In this document: positions 19,221-29,298 of the stretch, piece by piece | Layout: the number at the start of each line of letters is the position of its first letter | How positions within the stretch are numbered: the first letter of the stretch is position 1 | Source: an uncultured Actinomycetota bacterium | GTDB lineage: Bacteria > Actinomycetota > Actinomycetes > Streptosporangiales > Streptosporangiaceae | Length of the DNA: 64,000 nt | Direction of reading: 5' to 3' | NCBI GenBank assembly: GCA_963731285.1 | Contig: CAVSUR010000006.1 | Coordinates: 14,336 to 78,335, forward strand | Notes under the pieces: generated by a model | Databases searched by the model: none | What the model saw: the letters and a program-made list of their open reading frames with translations, nothing else | Told to the model about the DNA's origin: nothing | Position numbers and translations under genes: made by a program

Positions 19221-20135
19221 TCAGGCGCGGGACGGCAGCTCGACGGTGACCACGGTGGGACCGCCGGGCGGGCTGCTGACCTGCAGCCTGCCGTCCACGG
19301 TCCTGATCCGCTCGGCGAGCCCGGCCAGGCCGCCGCGGGCCTCGAGGCGGGCGCCGCCGCAGCCGTCGTCGCTGACCCGCACCCGCAGCAGCCCGGCCGC
19401 GCGGGCCGCCGCCAGGGTGGCATGCCGGGCGGCGGCGTGCTTGGCCACGTTGGAGAGCAGCTCCGCCGCGCAGAAGTAGGCGATGGCCTCGATCGCCGCC
19501 GACGGCCGCTCGCGCAGATCCACCACAAGCTCAACCGGCACCTCGCTGCGCGCGGCAAGGGACGCCAGCGCGGCGCCGAGACCATGATCCAGCACCGGCG
19601 GGTGGATGCCGCGGGCCAGGTCACGCAGCTCGGCGATGGCCTCCTTAGCACCGCGGTGGGCAGCCTCAACCAGCTCCAGGACCCGCTCCAGGTCCGCCCG
19701 CGCCGCCCCGGCAGCCGCGCTCCCGCCGACCGCGCCGCCGAGCTTCTCCCGGGCCAGCCCGAGCTTCATCGCCACAGCGACCATCTGAGCCTGCGCCCCA
19801 TCATGCAGGTCCCGCTCAATCCGGCGCAGCCGCGCCGCCGAATCCTCCACCACACGAGCCCGGGACTGCTCCAGCTCACGCACCCGCTGCGGCAAAGGAG
19901 CAACGAGCAACCGGTAGGCGATCCAGAGTTCCAGCGCCCCCGCCGCTATCAGCGCTGCTCCCCACCAGAAGCCGACAGAGCACAAAATGACACCTAGGAT
20001 GACCAGCCAGGTACCGACGGCCAGGTACATGCTGCCCCAGGCCTTGGGGTGGCGATAGATGAAGGGCCTCACCAGGATTCTCATGATCAGAGGTTCCGGG
20101 CGAGTGACGTCGCCATTTGGTGCGTACATCGGCAT
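19221..20135 (-). CDS. HisKA_3-type sensor histidine kinase with a two-helix membrane sensor
   Basis: H-box RIERDLHDGAQAQMVA, N-box AYFCAAELLSNVAKHA and G-box VSDDGCGGA. The likely start is the MYAPNG Met at 20129, which has GAAGGAA upstream. Confidence 0.9.
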   Translation of the reverse strand: MPMYAPNGDVTRPEPLIMRILVRPFIYRHPKAWGSMYLAVGTWLVILGVILCSVGFWWGAALIAAGALELWIAYRLLVAPLPQRVRELEQSRARVVEDSAARLRRIERDLHDGAQAQMVAVAMKLGLAREKLGGAVGGSAAAGAARADLERVLELVEAAHRGAKEAIAELRDLARGIHPPVLDHGLGAALASLAARSEVPVELVVDLRERPSAAIEAIAYFCAAELLSNVAKHAAARHATLAAARAAGLLRVRVSDDGCGGARLEARGGLAGLAERIRTVDGRLQVSSPPGGPTVVTVELPSRA

Positions 20136-20241
20136 TCCTTCAAACCCGCTGCGGGGGCTGCCAGGCGTCCTGTTTCCTTTCAGCGCCCTGGGCGGTTACT
20201 TGGCCCATGCTGCCAGTTCGCCCTGCGACGGATGCTGCAAG

Positions 20242-20475
20242 CTAGCTCTGGACGCTGCGCAGCAGATGGTAGGCGATCCAGAGTTCCAGCGCCCCCACCG
20301 CTATCAGCGCCGATCCCCACCAGTAGCTATAGCCGCACAGAATGGCGCCAAGGATGACCAGCCAGGTACCGACGGCCAGGTACATGCTGCCCCATGCCTT
20401 GGGGTGGCGATATACGAATGCGCCCGCCGGGAGTTTCATGATCAAAGATCGTGTGACGTTCTCAGATGCGTACAT
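20242..20475 (-). CDS. 77-aa two-helix membrane protein, a stand-alone paralogue of the adjacent kinase's sensor domain
   Basis: Shares YRHPKAWGSMYLAVGTWLVILG and GALELWIAY exactly with residues ~25-75 of the kinase. Its own ATG is preceded by GGAGGC. Confidence 0.65.
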   Translation of the reverse strand: MYASENVTRSLIMKLPAGAFVYRHPKAWGSMYLAVGTWLVILGAILCGYSYWWGSALIAVGALELWIAYHLLRSVQS

Positions 20476-20843
20476 CGGGATGCCTCCAGTAACCCGGTGC
20501 CGGCCACTCCGGTCACCTGCATCTCAATGCTCGCCGCGCGCGAGCAGGAGATCCACCGTGCGGCCACCCGGACCTGAGGTACGGCTAGCACGGTCCCCCG
20601 GGCTAACACGGATGCTTACAACAGGCCCGGGCGGCCCCGGGATACAGCGGAACATGCCGTCGCCCGCATCCTGCACGAACAGGACCGGCCGACAACTGTC
20701 GCAATTCGGAGACGTAAAGCTCGGTCTCCAGGGTTTGTGCAAGTAAGCTGACCTGCGCAGCGGCCTGACATGAACTCCGCCAGACTTGTCCTGCTCAAGC
20801 TCTTAATCCGCGTGTTCGGTACCGCGCGCGCAAGTGGCTGGGT

Positions 20844-21590
20844 TCAGGCGTGGCTGCCGATCAGGCTGCCCACTGCAAAGGTGACTGCGATGGCCAGTGC
20901 TCCCAGGCCTAGCTGCCGCAGGCCCGAGCGCAGCAATGACCTGCCGGTGAGCTTTCCGACGGTCGCGCCGCCGATGACCAGGGCCACCGCCGTGATCGCC
21001 AGGCTCGCGGCGAGTACCGGAAAGCCCAGCAGGTAGGGAAGCAGCGGCATTAGCGCGCCGAGCGAGAACGCCAGCAAGGACGCGCCGCCCGCTACGACGG
21101 CAGAGGGCAGTTCCTCGGGGTCAACGCCGAGTTCTTCGCGGGCATGCACGCGCAGCGCCGTGTCCGGATCCTCGGAAACAGCATGGGCCATCCGGGCCGC
21201 GGTGTCGGGGTCAGCGCCGTAATCGCGGAAATACCCGGCCAGCTCGTCCTTCTCAGCCTCCGGGAACCTGGCCAGCATCTTGCGCTCCAGCGCGACCTCG
21301 GAATGCACCAGCTCGTTCTGGTTAGTGACCGACACATACTCGCCGGTGCCCATCGAGAACGCGCCCGCGACCAGCGCCGCTGCCCCGGTTAGGATCACCG
21401 CGTGCGCCGAGACGCCGCCACCGCCCACCCCGGCGATCAGCGAGGCATTGGTCACCAGCCCGTCCACCGCGCCGAACACCGTCGGGCGCAGCCAGCCACC
21501 CGACACATCCCGGTGCCCATGCGACCAGCCCGCGCGCAAGGCCGCCGCCTGTACGTCCTGCGATGGCTCCCGCGGCACGTCATCAACCAT
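20844..21590 (-). CDS. VIT1/CCC1-family iron/manganese transporter
   Basis: FGAVDGLVTNASLIAGVGG, GAFSMGTGEYVSVTNQNE, a central acidic helical insert and C-terminal helices. Confidence 0.9.
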   Translation of the reverse strand: MVDDVPREPSQDVQAAALRAGWSHGHRDVSGGWLRPTVFGAVDGLVTNASLIAGVGGGGVSAHAVILTGAAALVAGAFSMGTGEYVSVTNQNELVHSEVALERKMLARFPEAEKDELAGYFRDYGADPDTAARMAHAVSEDPDTALRVHAREELGVDPEELPSAVVAGGASLLAFSLGALMPLLPYLLGFPVLAASLAITAVALVIGGATVGKLTGRSLLRSGLRQLGLGALAIAVTFAVGSLIGSHA

Positions 21591-21681
21591 CAGGCCATTG
21601 TCTCTTGACCGGATAGTCGCGGTCAGCGGAGGGCCAGGCTGCGACGACTGCCGACCCGGCGGGAAAGCCGTCCAGCGGCGG

Positions 21682-22034
21682 TCAGCCAGTCACGGTGACT
21701 TCGTGCCAGAGCCCGCCGTTGAGGTTCAGGCCGTTGCCCTTTGCCTGGCCGGGGCCGCTGTCCCCGATGTAGGTATAGAGCGGATGCCCGTGGTAGACGG
21801 CCTGCGTCGAGCCGTCGGACCGCTTGATGACGGTCAGTTTCCCGGTGACCCCGGGCCCGGCCGTGGCTGGGCCTTTGACCGGAGGCCAGTATGCGGCGCA
21901 CGACCCTGAGCACGCTGACCGGGTGGACGTGTCCGGGCCCGGCTCGGCCCGCTGCCGGCTGCAAGCAAGCTGACCCCAAAGACCGTGAACCGGAAAGCAA
22001 CCCTCAGACGTTCCACATGTATGCGCCAGAACAT
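21682..22034 (-). pseudogene. Short frameshifted paralogue of the COG4315-type lipoprotein
   Basis: The C-terminal frame ending at TGA (21682..21684) reads SCAAYWPPVKGPATAGPGVTGKLTVIKRSDGSTQAVYHGHPLYTYIGDSGPGQAKGNGLNLNGGLWHEVTVTG. The signal/lipobox-like N-terminus (RVAFRFTVFGVSLLAAGSG) lies in a different frame (ORF 21834..22034). Confidence 0.5.
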
Positions 22035-22136
22035 CCTGGCGGGAGACTCATCACACCATCAGAGCCACGCCGCTGCATGCGGACTGCTTCGCAAAGCTGC
22101 CCCTCGCCGTAACGGGCAGGCACCCGAGCAGCGGGC

Positions 22137-22877
22137 ATGAGCAGCGACCTTTGCGCAAGTACACGCCTGGCGCTGGGCGTCTACCTCGTCGGCGCGATCC
22201 ATCCCGCCGAGCGAACCACCGTAGACCGGCACCTGGCATCCTGCCGGGCCTGCCGGGAGGAGCTTGCCGGGCTCGCCAGCCTCCCGGCCCTGATGGCCAG
22301 GGTCGGAACAGCCGACGCGAATCGTGCACTGGGCCATGATCCGGACCGGTACACTACCGGCGGCGCGGCCGTCAGTGCGCGGCTGGATCGCCTGCTGCGC
22401 CAGATGACCCGGGTACGGCGCGGACGCCGGAGCGTGCTGGCCGCTGTGGTCATCGTAAGCATCGCCGGAACTGCCGGCGTCATCGAGGCGCTGCCGCATC
22501 CGGCCGCCCCTCCATCAGCCGCCGCGGCCCAATGGACAGACCTGGCGCGCGGCGCCAGCCCGGCAACGGGTGCGGGCGCCACCATCCGATATCAGCGCCA
22601 TGCGTGGGGAACCGAGCTGGAAGTACGCGTTACCGGCATCAAGCCGGGCACCACCTGCCAGCTCCGGGTCACCAGCAACGGGGGCGGTCAGATCGGCGCG
22701 GGTGGCTGGACCGTCACTGCGGCCCAGTCTGTCTCCTGGTATCCGGTCTCCGTGCCGGCCCCGGTCAGCAGCCTGCGCGCCCTGGCGATTACCGCCGGGC
22801 CGGTGTCGCTGATAACCCTGCCGGTCCGGGTACCCCGGGCGGGGGCCGCTACGGCAGGCCGGGATGAAAGCTGGTGA
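22137..22877 (+). CDS. zf-HC2 anti-sigma factor with no adjacent sigma gene
   Basis: N-terminal C...H...C..C motif (LGVYLVGAIHPAERTTVDRHLASCRACREELAGL), one TM helix, and a C-terminal domain paralogous to that of ORF 52399..53103. Confidence 0.8.
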   Translation: MSSDLCASTRLALGVYLVGAIHPAERTTVDRHLASCRACREELAGLASLPALMARVGTADANRALGHDPDRYTTGGAAVSARLDRLLRQMTRVRRGRRSVLAAVVIVSIAGTAGVIEALPHPAAPPSAAAAQWTDLARGASPATGAGATIRYQRHAWGTELEVRVTGIKPGTTCQLRVTSNGGGQIGAGGWTVTAAQSVSWYPVSVPAPVSSLRALAITAGPVSLITLPVRVPRAGAATAGRDESW

Positions 22878-22941
22878 ACGGATCGGGCTGCCGGTCCGTG
22901 ACATCAGTAGCACTCGATCACTGCTGAACAGGAGACCCACG

Positions 22942-23490
22942 ATGCGCATCAGCTGGCTGGCACCCGCCGGGATCGCCGCCGTCGCCCTGGCCGCCGCCGC
23001 GTGCGGCGGCTCCTCTTCGGGAGCGGGCAGCACGGGCGGCAGTTCCCCCGCCGCAGCACCCGCCACCTCCCGCGCCGCCGCATCGACATCCGCGGCGCTG
23101 AAGACCGCGAAGGCCGGCGGCGCGACCGTGCTGACCAGTGCCGGCGGCTTCACCTTGTACTGGTTCGTCCCCGACACGGCCACGGCATCGAAGTGCAACG
23201 GCGCCTGCGCCAGGTACTGGCCGCCGGTCAAGGGGCCAGCCACCGCCGGTGCCGGCATCACCGGCAAGCTGACCGTGATCAAGCGGTCCGACGGGTCGAT
23301 GCAGGCGGTCTACAACGGGCACCCGCTCTACACCTACGTCGGTGACACCAAGCCCGGCCAGGCCAAGGGCAATGGCCTGAACCTGTCCGGCGGAGTCTGG
23401 CACGAGGTCACCACCACCGGCGCTGTCGCCCCCGCAGCCCACTCGTCCTCCTCCAGCGGAAGCAGCGGCGGAGGCGGGGGCGGGTACTGA
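22942..23490 (+). CDS. COG4315-type secreted-repeat lipoprotein
   Basis: The ATG at 22942 follows AGGAGA. Lipobox ALAAAACGG. Motifs TLYWFVPDTATASKCNGACARYWPPV and HPLYTYVGDTKPGQAKGNGL...WHEV. Confidence 0.85.
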   Translation: MRISWLAPAGIAAVALAAAACGGSSSGAGSTGGSSPAAAPATSRAAASTSAALKTAKAGGATVLTSAGGFTLYWFVPDTATASKCNGACARYWPPVKGPATAGAGITGKLTVIKRSDGSMQAVYNGHPLYTYVGDTKPGQAKGNGLNLSGGVWHEVTTTGAVAPAAHSSSSSGSSGGGGGGY

Positions 23491-23503
23491 CCACCGCAAA
23501 GTC

Positions 23504-23548
23504 CTCGCGGCCACCGGCTGCCCGCCCGAAAATGCCGGTGGCCGCGAG
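23504..23548 (+). terminator. Candidate intrinsic terminator hairpin after the lipoprotein gene
   Basis: Perfect 14-bp inverted repeat CTCGCGGCCACCGG (23504..23517) / CCGGTGGCCGCGAG (23535..23548), 14 nt after the stop. No U tract. Confidence 0.45.
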
Positions 23549-23720
23549 CCGCCCATCTCCTCGACGAGTGCCGAGCAGTCCGCCGGCAGAAGGTTTCTGC
23601 GACGCGCCGCTGGCAGGAACGAAGCCCTTCGGCCATCAACTGCCGCCGGAGCCCGCAGCAGTAAGGGACCCACAAGGACAGTGAACCTTTTCATCCTGGT
23701 CTGGTGCAGGCCTGGCGTAA

Positions 23721-24597
23721 GTGCTGATCAGGGGCGGCGTGTCGGCTTCCGGCGTCGCGAAGCCCCTGGTAAACGAAGCGATCGGCCAAGATCCGCGTCG
23801 TCTGCCCAGGGGCCTCCATGCTTTTCTGCCGTGCCGCGCTGCCGTTGTCCCGCCAGACCCTCGGCTATGTGACCGGGGTCGTCCGCCGCCCCCGCAAGAA
23901 GATCGGGTCGTGCTGGCGGCGGCTGAGCCCGGCCGGCAGGCTCTGATGACCCTGGCCTGCCTGCGCAAGGGCGAGACGTTCGCCGACCTGGCCGCCGGGT
24001 TCGGCGTCAGCACCGCCACCGCCCGGCGATATGTGAACGAGACCGTCGCCCTGCTCGCCGCCCGGGCCCCCAAGCTCCGCCCCGCCCTGCGGGCAGCCAG
24101 CAAGGCCGGGCACTGCCACCTGATCCTGGACGGCACCCTCATCCCCATCGACCGGGCCGCCGCCGACCGGCCCTTCTACTCGGGCAAGCACAAGAAGCAC
24201 GGCATGAACCTGCAGGTCATCACCAGCCCGGCCGGAGACCTGCTGTGGGTGTCCGGGCCGCTGCCCGGGCACGTGCACGACCTGAAGGCGGCCCGGATCT
24301 GGGGGGTGCCGCGGGAGCTGGCATTCACCGGGTTACTCACCCTGGCCGACAAGGGCTACCACGGCGCCGGCGACCTGCATGATCACCCCGTACTGAGGGC
24401 CGGAACAAGCCGCCCGCACAGAAAGCATCAAACCGCGACTGCGCCCAGCTCCGGGCCCCCGGCGAGCGCGGCAACGCCCAGCTCAAGAACTGGCGCATCC
24501 TGCGCAAGCTCCGCTGCTGCCCCTGGCGCGCCGGACACCTCGCCAAAAGCCATCCACGTACCCCAGATCCGCGAAACCCAACGATGAAAACGCTCAA
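23721..24597 (+). mobile_element. IS5-like (DDE_Tnp_4, PIF/Harbinger-type) transposase remnant with a nonsense mutation and frameshifts
   Basis: Reads RQALMTLACLRKGETFADLAAGFGVSTATARRYV...LILDGTLIPIDRAAADRPFYSGKHKKHGMNLQV...LADKGYHGAG. After ITPY there is an in-frame TGA. The tail GRNKPPAQKASNRDCAQLRAPGERGNAQLKNWRILRKLRCCPWRAGHLAK is in another frame. Confidence 0.75.
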
Positions 24598-24925
24598 TCG
24601 CGGTTAGGACGAAAAGGCCATGGCAGATAACCGCAGTCGGCGGGATGTGCCGCTCCGCAGGAACGGCGGGCACGCCCCGCGGGGAGTTCGGCCGCCGCAG
24701 GCGTACGGTAGCCCGGAGCCAGCGAGCCGCCATGATCAGGTCCAGCACGGCAACGCCGCGGAGGATGACGACAGCCGCCCAGGCGAGCCTGATCGTCTGT
24801 AACCACATAAGGCACCTAGAGCGGAAGACCTGCAAAACCCAGCAGCGCGTGCGCGGACCCATCACAGAAGGTGGTTCACGGCTGTCTCGGCAACCTGTTC
24901 CGTGCCACCCGGGGGGGATCGATGC

Positions 24926-25492
24926 CTAGAGATGCGGCAGCTGGTAACCGTTGAAATACCACAGCGCCGAGGTGTACCAGAGCACGCTGATGATGATCGC
25001 GAGTGCTCCGCCTGCTACCGGCAGCACCCACCGCGGAAGCCGCCGGGTCTGCACCAGAGCGACTTTCGCGGCGAACACACCGTAGAAGAAACACCCCGCC
25101 AGCGAGTGCACTGCGACCCGCAGGCTGCTGAGCTGGACGCCATAGGCAATCAGGCAGTGCACCGCAATCGGAATCGTCACGGCGAGAACCCCGAAGCCCA
25201 GTACCCGGTGCGCTAGCGGGACCCGCCGTGGCGCCCTATCCATCAATGGCAGCTTCCGGTAGATCCACAAAGCCAGGAGGATCTGAATCACTGTCAGGCC
25301 GAGGGCGACCGTGGCTAGCAAAGACTTCAGGGAGACTGCGGCGAGGTACTGGCGACCGAACAGGCTGGCGGCTGGGTTGACCGTGGTTACCCGGCCGGCT
25401 GCATACAGTGCCACTGTCACCCCGGCGGACAGCACGCCGATGGCCGCCAGCCGCAGCGCGGTCGCCCCGCGCCCCCGGCTGCCCGGCGTCAT
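24926..25492 (-). CDS. Four-helix membrane protein (resembles the DUF6529 family, from memory)
   Basis: The ATG at 25492 begins MTPGSRG. Conserved-looking HRVLGFGVLAVTIPIAVHC and a hydrophobic C-terminus. The upstream part of the listed ORF looks non-coding. Confidence 0.65.
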   Translation of the reverse strand: MTPGSRGRGATALRLAAIGVLSAGVTVALYAAGRVTTVNPAASLFGRQYLAAVSLKSLLATVALGLTVIQILLALWIYRKLPLMDRAPRRVPLAHRVLGFGVLAVTIPIAVHCLIAYGVQLSSLRVAVHSLAGCFFYGVFAAKVALVQTRRLPRWVLPVAGGALAIIISVLWYTSALWYFNGYQLPHL

Positions 25493-25913
25493 CACCGTTT
25501 CATCCGGCCGGGCCGCAGGCTCCTGGCCGGCATTGCTCAATGCTCCATCCCTTCCGCCTCGAGCTGGCCACGGCGGCTGCAACAGTCTGTTCTTGCCGGC
25601 AGCCGGAGCGCTGCAAGGCGGCGGCACGCCAGACGCCCTTACTACGCACGGAACAACCCGACGGTTCACAATGCCATCATGCAGTTGCCATAAGTAACCG
25701 GACATTCGGGCCGGGCGGCCGTTGCTGATCTTGGCGCCGTTGCGCCCGTGGCGAGACCCGGGCAACCAGAACCGGCCATACGTCTAGCTCGAAGGCGACC
25801 GCAGCCGAAACTGTACGAGGTGACTCGGCTCAGGTTGAACCTTGCCAGCCGCCACGGCGTTCCAAAGATGACAGCATGAAATGGCGATGGCCAGCGGTCC
25901 GGAAGGGGGAACC

Positions 25914-26108
25914 ATGAGGAGGAGGCTGTTTGTCGGCGTGGGAATCCTCGTCGCGCTGGCAGGAGTCATTTTCACGCTGCAGGGCTTTGGCGTTATCGGC
26001 GGAAGCGTTATGTCCGGCGTAACCCTCTGGGCGGTGATCGGCCCGGTGATCGCGGTGGCAGGCCTGGCCCTAGCAGCTGTCGGGCTGCGCAGCCGTCTCA
26101 CTACCTAA
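25914..26108 (+). CDS. Small two-helix membrane protein
   Basis: The ATG at 25914 follows GGAAGGGGGA. The 64-aa product is almost entirely two hydrophobic helices. Confidence 0.5.
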   Translation: MRRRLFVGVGILVALAGVIFTLQGFGVIGGSVMSGVTLWAVIGPVIAVAGLALAAVGLRSRLTT

Positions 26109-26747
26109 CCATTCGGCTCGCAAGGCAGATTGCCCTTCGATCACAGTTCGCCCGGGTGACGGACTGCGGCTGGATGGCCCACACGGTGCCGCCTGGTAAG
26201 GCCACGAGCCTGGAAGTTCGCCGAGGAGTTCCACGAGCCCAGGCGTCCGGGGCACCGAATCAACTGACCGAGACAGATAGACCGAGACAGCCCGGGATTA
26301 TCACCCTGCCTACCGCCTCTAGCGACACCGGACCAGCCAGCGCCCGGAGGGATATTTAGCTAATTCTGATTAATGATAGAGCGGGGCATGACGCAGGACA
26401 GCTTCGGGATTGCTTGTCGTGCCCGTCGTCCTCGCAGGCGCCAAGATCCTGGGAGCGGCTCGCGGGTTCAGGGTCGGCGCAGCCAATCGCATGCGACGGC
26501 CCGCAGGGCCGCCCTGGATGCGGCGGCTGCGAGCTGGACAATGAATGGCGAGGAAGACGGCCGCGTGCCTTACCAGCTCGCGGGCCGAGCGAGCCAGTCA
26601 GATCTGTGGTGCCCTGGAGGCTGGGACGGCGCATGCATGCCCGTTTGTCGGCATCCTCAATGAGCAGCCCGTCCAGCTTCAGCGGCGCCTGCATGCGGGC
26701 GTCGCAGAACTGTGAGGTACCGCCCGGGCGCTAGCTGTGTCGATGCG

Positions 26748-27122
26748 TCAACTCTCCGGCTCGAACAGCTGACGGATCTCGATCTCGCCCACGGCGCCAT
26801 ACTCACCGGGGTAGATCCGGGAAAGCGCCTCGAACGGCACACGCTTAGCCCAGTCGGCGGCCTCGTCCATCGACGTCACTTCGAGGATCCAGTAGCCCGC
26901 GATCAGCTCCTTCGACCCGGCGAACGGCCCGTTGATGACAGTGCGGTTCCCCCCGGAGAACTTGACCCGCCTCCCCCCGGCGCTCGGGTGAAGCCCTGCG
27001 AGGTCGAGGAGCACTCCGGCCTTCTTGAGCTCATCGTTGTACCTGCCCATCGCGGCGAGGAGTTCCTCGCTGGGCGCCGCGCCCGGTTCCGGATCCCCCT
27101 TGATCATCAACATCACCCGCAT
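26748..27122 (-). CDS. YciI-family protein
   Basis: MRVMLMIKGD...YNDELKKAGVLLDLAGLHPS...INGPFAGSKELIAGYWILEVTSMDEAADWAKRVP, with an AGGGAG-type RBS upstream. Confidence 0.9.
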   Translation of the reverse strand: MRVMLMIKGDPEPGAAPSEELLAAMGRYNDELKKAGVLLDLAGLHPSAGGRRVKFSGGNRTVINGPFAGSKELIAGYWILEVTSMDEAADWAKRVPFEALSRIYPGEYGAVGEIEIRQLFEPES

Positions 27123-27308
27123 GTCGTGCTCCCTTCCTGCCCGAGCCGGGGTCCCGGACGGTCTCGACCGAGAGTGAGCCCTGCCCTACGAGTGCGTCGG
27201 ACAGGTCAAGGCGAGCCGAGCATGTCCATGTCCTCCACGGAAGCAGGATATCGACAGCAGCCCGCCACGCTTGGCCGTCGTCTCCACGCTGGGCATTGCG
27301 CGGCCTGA

Positions 27309-27930
27309 AAAGCGAAGATCGGAGCCTTCTCACCGTCGGACCCGGGTCACTGGCTACGAGGTCTTCGCCTCGGTATAGGCGATCCGATCATCCGGGTCGG
27401 GCAGCGGGTCACCCGCCAGGTCCTGGGCCGCCGCGGCACGGCCACCGATCCGGCCTGGGCGAACCGGCGGCGGCTGCTGCGCGGCCGCGAGCGCCTGCCG
27501 GAGCAGGCCTTCACCAGGATGCGGGAGGAGATCCTGGCCCAGGAGGCGACCGGGCAGCTGCTCGCCGCGTGGATCGCCAGGGAGGAACTCCGCTACCTGC
27601 TCGCCCTGGCCCGCGCCAGCCCGGCCCGGCCCGAGGCCAGCAGCCGGCTCTGCGCGTCCTGCGACTGGTGCGCCCGCGCCGGCGTCCCCGAGGTCACCAC
27701 CCCGGCCAAGACGACCGAGGCCTGGTGGCCGCAGATCCTCGCGTTCACCGGCACCGGCATCACCAACGCCGCCACCAAGGCCGGCAACCGGCTGATCAAG
27801 GACGCCGCCCGGATCGCCTTCGGCTTCCGCAACCCCGCCAACCAGCGCCGCAGAGTACGGTGGCACTGCAAACGGACAACGATCAGCCAGCCACTACGAG
27901 GGTGACCAGCCCCCCCAACTTCGAAGAGCC
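27309..27930 (+). mobile_element. ISL3-family insertion sequence, 3' third only (5'-truncated), with a recognisable terminal inverted repeat
   Basis: A single frame reads ...LGRRGTATDPAWANRRRLLRGRERL...WWPQILAFTGTGITNAATKAGNRLIKDAARIAFGFRNPANQRRRV. The reverse complement of 27921..27930 is GGCTCTTCGA, an ISL3-type IR tip (from memory). Confidence 0.75.
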
Positions 27931-28336
27931 CGGTAACGCTGATCTGGATGTCAATGGTCGGCTTCGCAGGCAAGCCAGGAACAGCCGTCGACCCGACGTG
28001 CTCGATCCGCAGCGCGGTGTCCGTGAGCTGATCATCCAGGCGATCGCGCCACCGTTCGTAGCGTCCTGGCCAGGAGCGATCGTAGGCGACCACCTCGACG
28101 CTCAGGTCTTGCCGCTCGCTGCCCTCGGTCCTGGCGAATCCCGGCCAGATGACCGGCATGACCGAACGGGCCAGCTCGGCGCGCTCGGCCCGGGGGAGCT
28201 GGTGCCCGGCCAGCCCCCGGCGCCGGGCGGCGAGCTCATACAGGTCGATGATCGTTGTCCGCCGTCCCTCGGCCCCGCGCAGGCGCTGCCAGGCCGCGAG
28301 CGGATCAGCCGAAGGCTCCACCTGCGCCGCCGCCAA
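27931..28336 (-). pseudogene. GrpB-family protein, C-terminally truncated at the ISL3 end
   Basis: VVAYDRSWPGRYERWRDRL...IEHVGSTAVPGLPAKPTIDIQISV, then the reading enters the IS inverted repeat. Confidence 0.7.
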
Positions 28337-28797
28337 TCTGGCGTCCAGCGGCCATCGCCGGGATCATCCTCGGCCACTGGGCCGCCACCCTGCTCTGCGA
28401 ACACGGCTGCGACCGGGAGGAGGCGCTGTCCATGTGCACGCCACCCAGGATGCATCGCGGGGGCGGCCCCGAGCCACTGACCTCGAACGTGAGCCGCGGA
28501 TCATGGTCGCTGGCAGCGCGGTGGAGGGCTCTTCGAAACCGCGGCGAAACGGCAGCGTCAGCGGAGCAGCACTCGAACGGGTCTAGCCGCAGGTAGCGGC
28601 CACATCTCGTAACGCCCCCCGACTCACTGACTGTAAGGCCGCTCCCTCCGGCATGGCGTTCCGGGTCGGGGACGAACAGCCCGGGCAGGTGCGCGCGGAG
28701 CGCCGTGACTTCGCAAGCCTCCGGGTGGGATGCTGTCGTCCGCTGCTTTCTGGCGCGCTCACGCCAATGCCAGCATCCGCTAAGCGTCGGAGGATCC

Positions 28798-29298
28798 ATG
28801 TCGCAACCGGTGAGCAAGGAGAGCACAGCTCTTCTGGCCTCCCTGAGCAATCAGCGTGCCCACGTGCTGGGGATTCTGGAGGGTCTTCCCGAAGAGGCGC
28901 TGCAACGTCCGGTGCTGCCGTCGGGGTGGACGTGCCTGGGGCTGGTCCAGCATCTCGCCAGCGACGTCGAGCGATTCTGGTTCCGCCACGTCGTCGCCGG
29001 TGAGCCCGATGTATCGGCTGAGATCCTGACCAACGCCTGGCGGGTCGGCTCCGACGTCCCGGCCGGCGCCGTGTTCGACGGCTATCGGCGGGAAATAGAA
29101 CGCGCGAACGTCATCATCGCCGCTACTCCGGTGGACGCAGCACCGGCCTGGTGGCCCGATTTTTTCGGTGACTTCCGGCTGGATGATCTGCAGGCGATCA
29201 TGCTTCACGTGATCACCGAGACCGCATGTCATGCCGGGCACCTTGACGCGGTGCGCGAGCTAATCGACGGCCGGACCTGGCTTGTCCTCACGGAATGA
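28798..29298 (+). CDS. DinB-family (DUF664 / mycothiol-transferase-like) protein
   Basis: The ATG at 28798 follows GGAGGA. Four-helix-bundle pattern with H...(ITETACHAGHLD). Confidence 0.85.
   Translation: MSQPVSKESTALLASLSNQRAHVLGILEGLPEEALQRPVLPSGWTCLGLVQHLASDVERFWFRHVVAGEPDVSAEILTNAWRVGSDVPAGAVFDGYRREIERANVIIAATPVDAAPAWWPDFFGDFRLDDLQAIMLHVITETACHAGHLDAVRELIDGRTWLVLTE

Noticed and set aside
27296-28480. 394-aa plus-strand ORF
   Set aside because: It is a composite read-through running out of frame over the ISL3 fragment and antisense to GrpB. The ISL3 frame (27309..27905) and GrpB (minus) explain the region.
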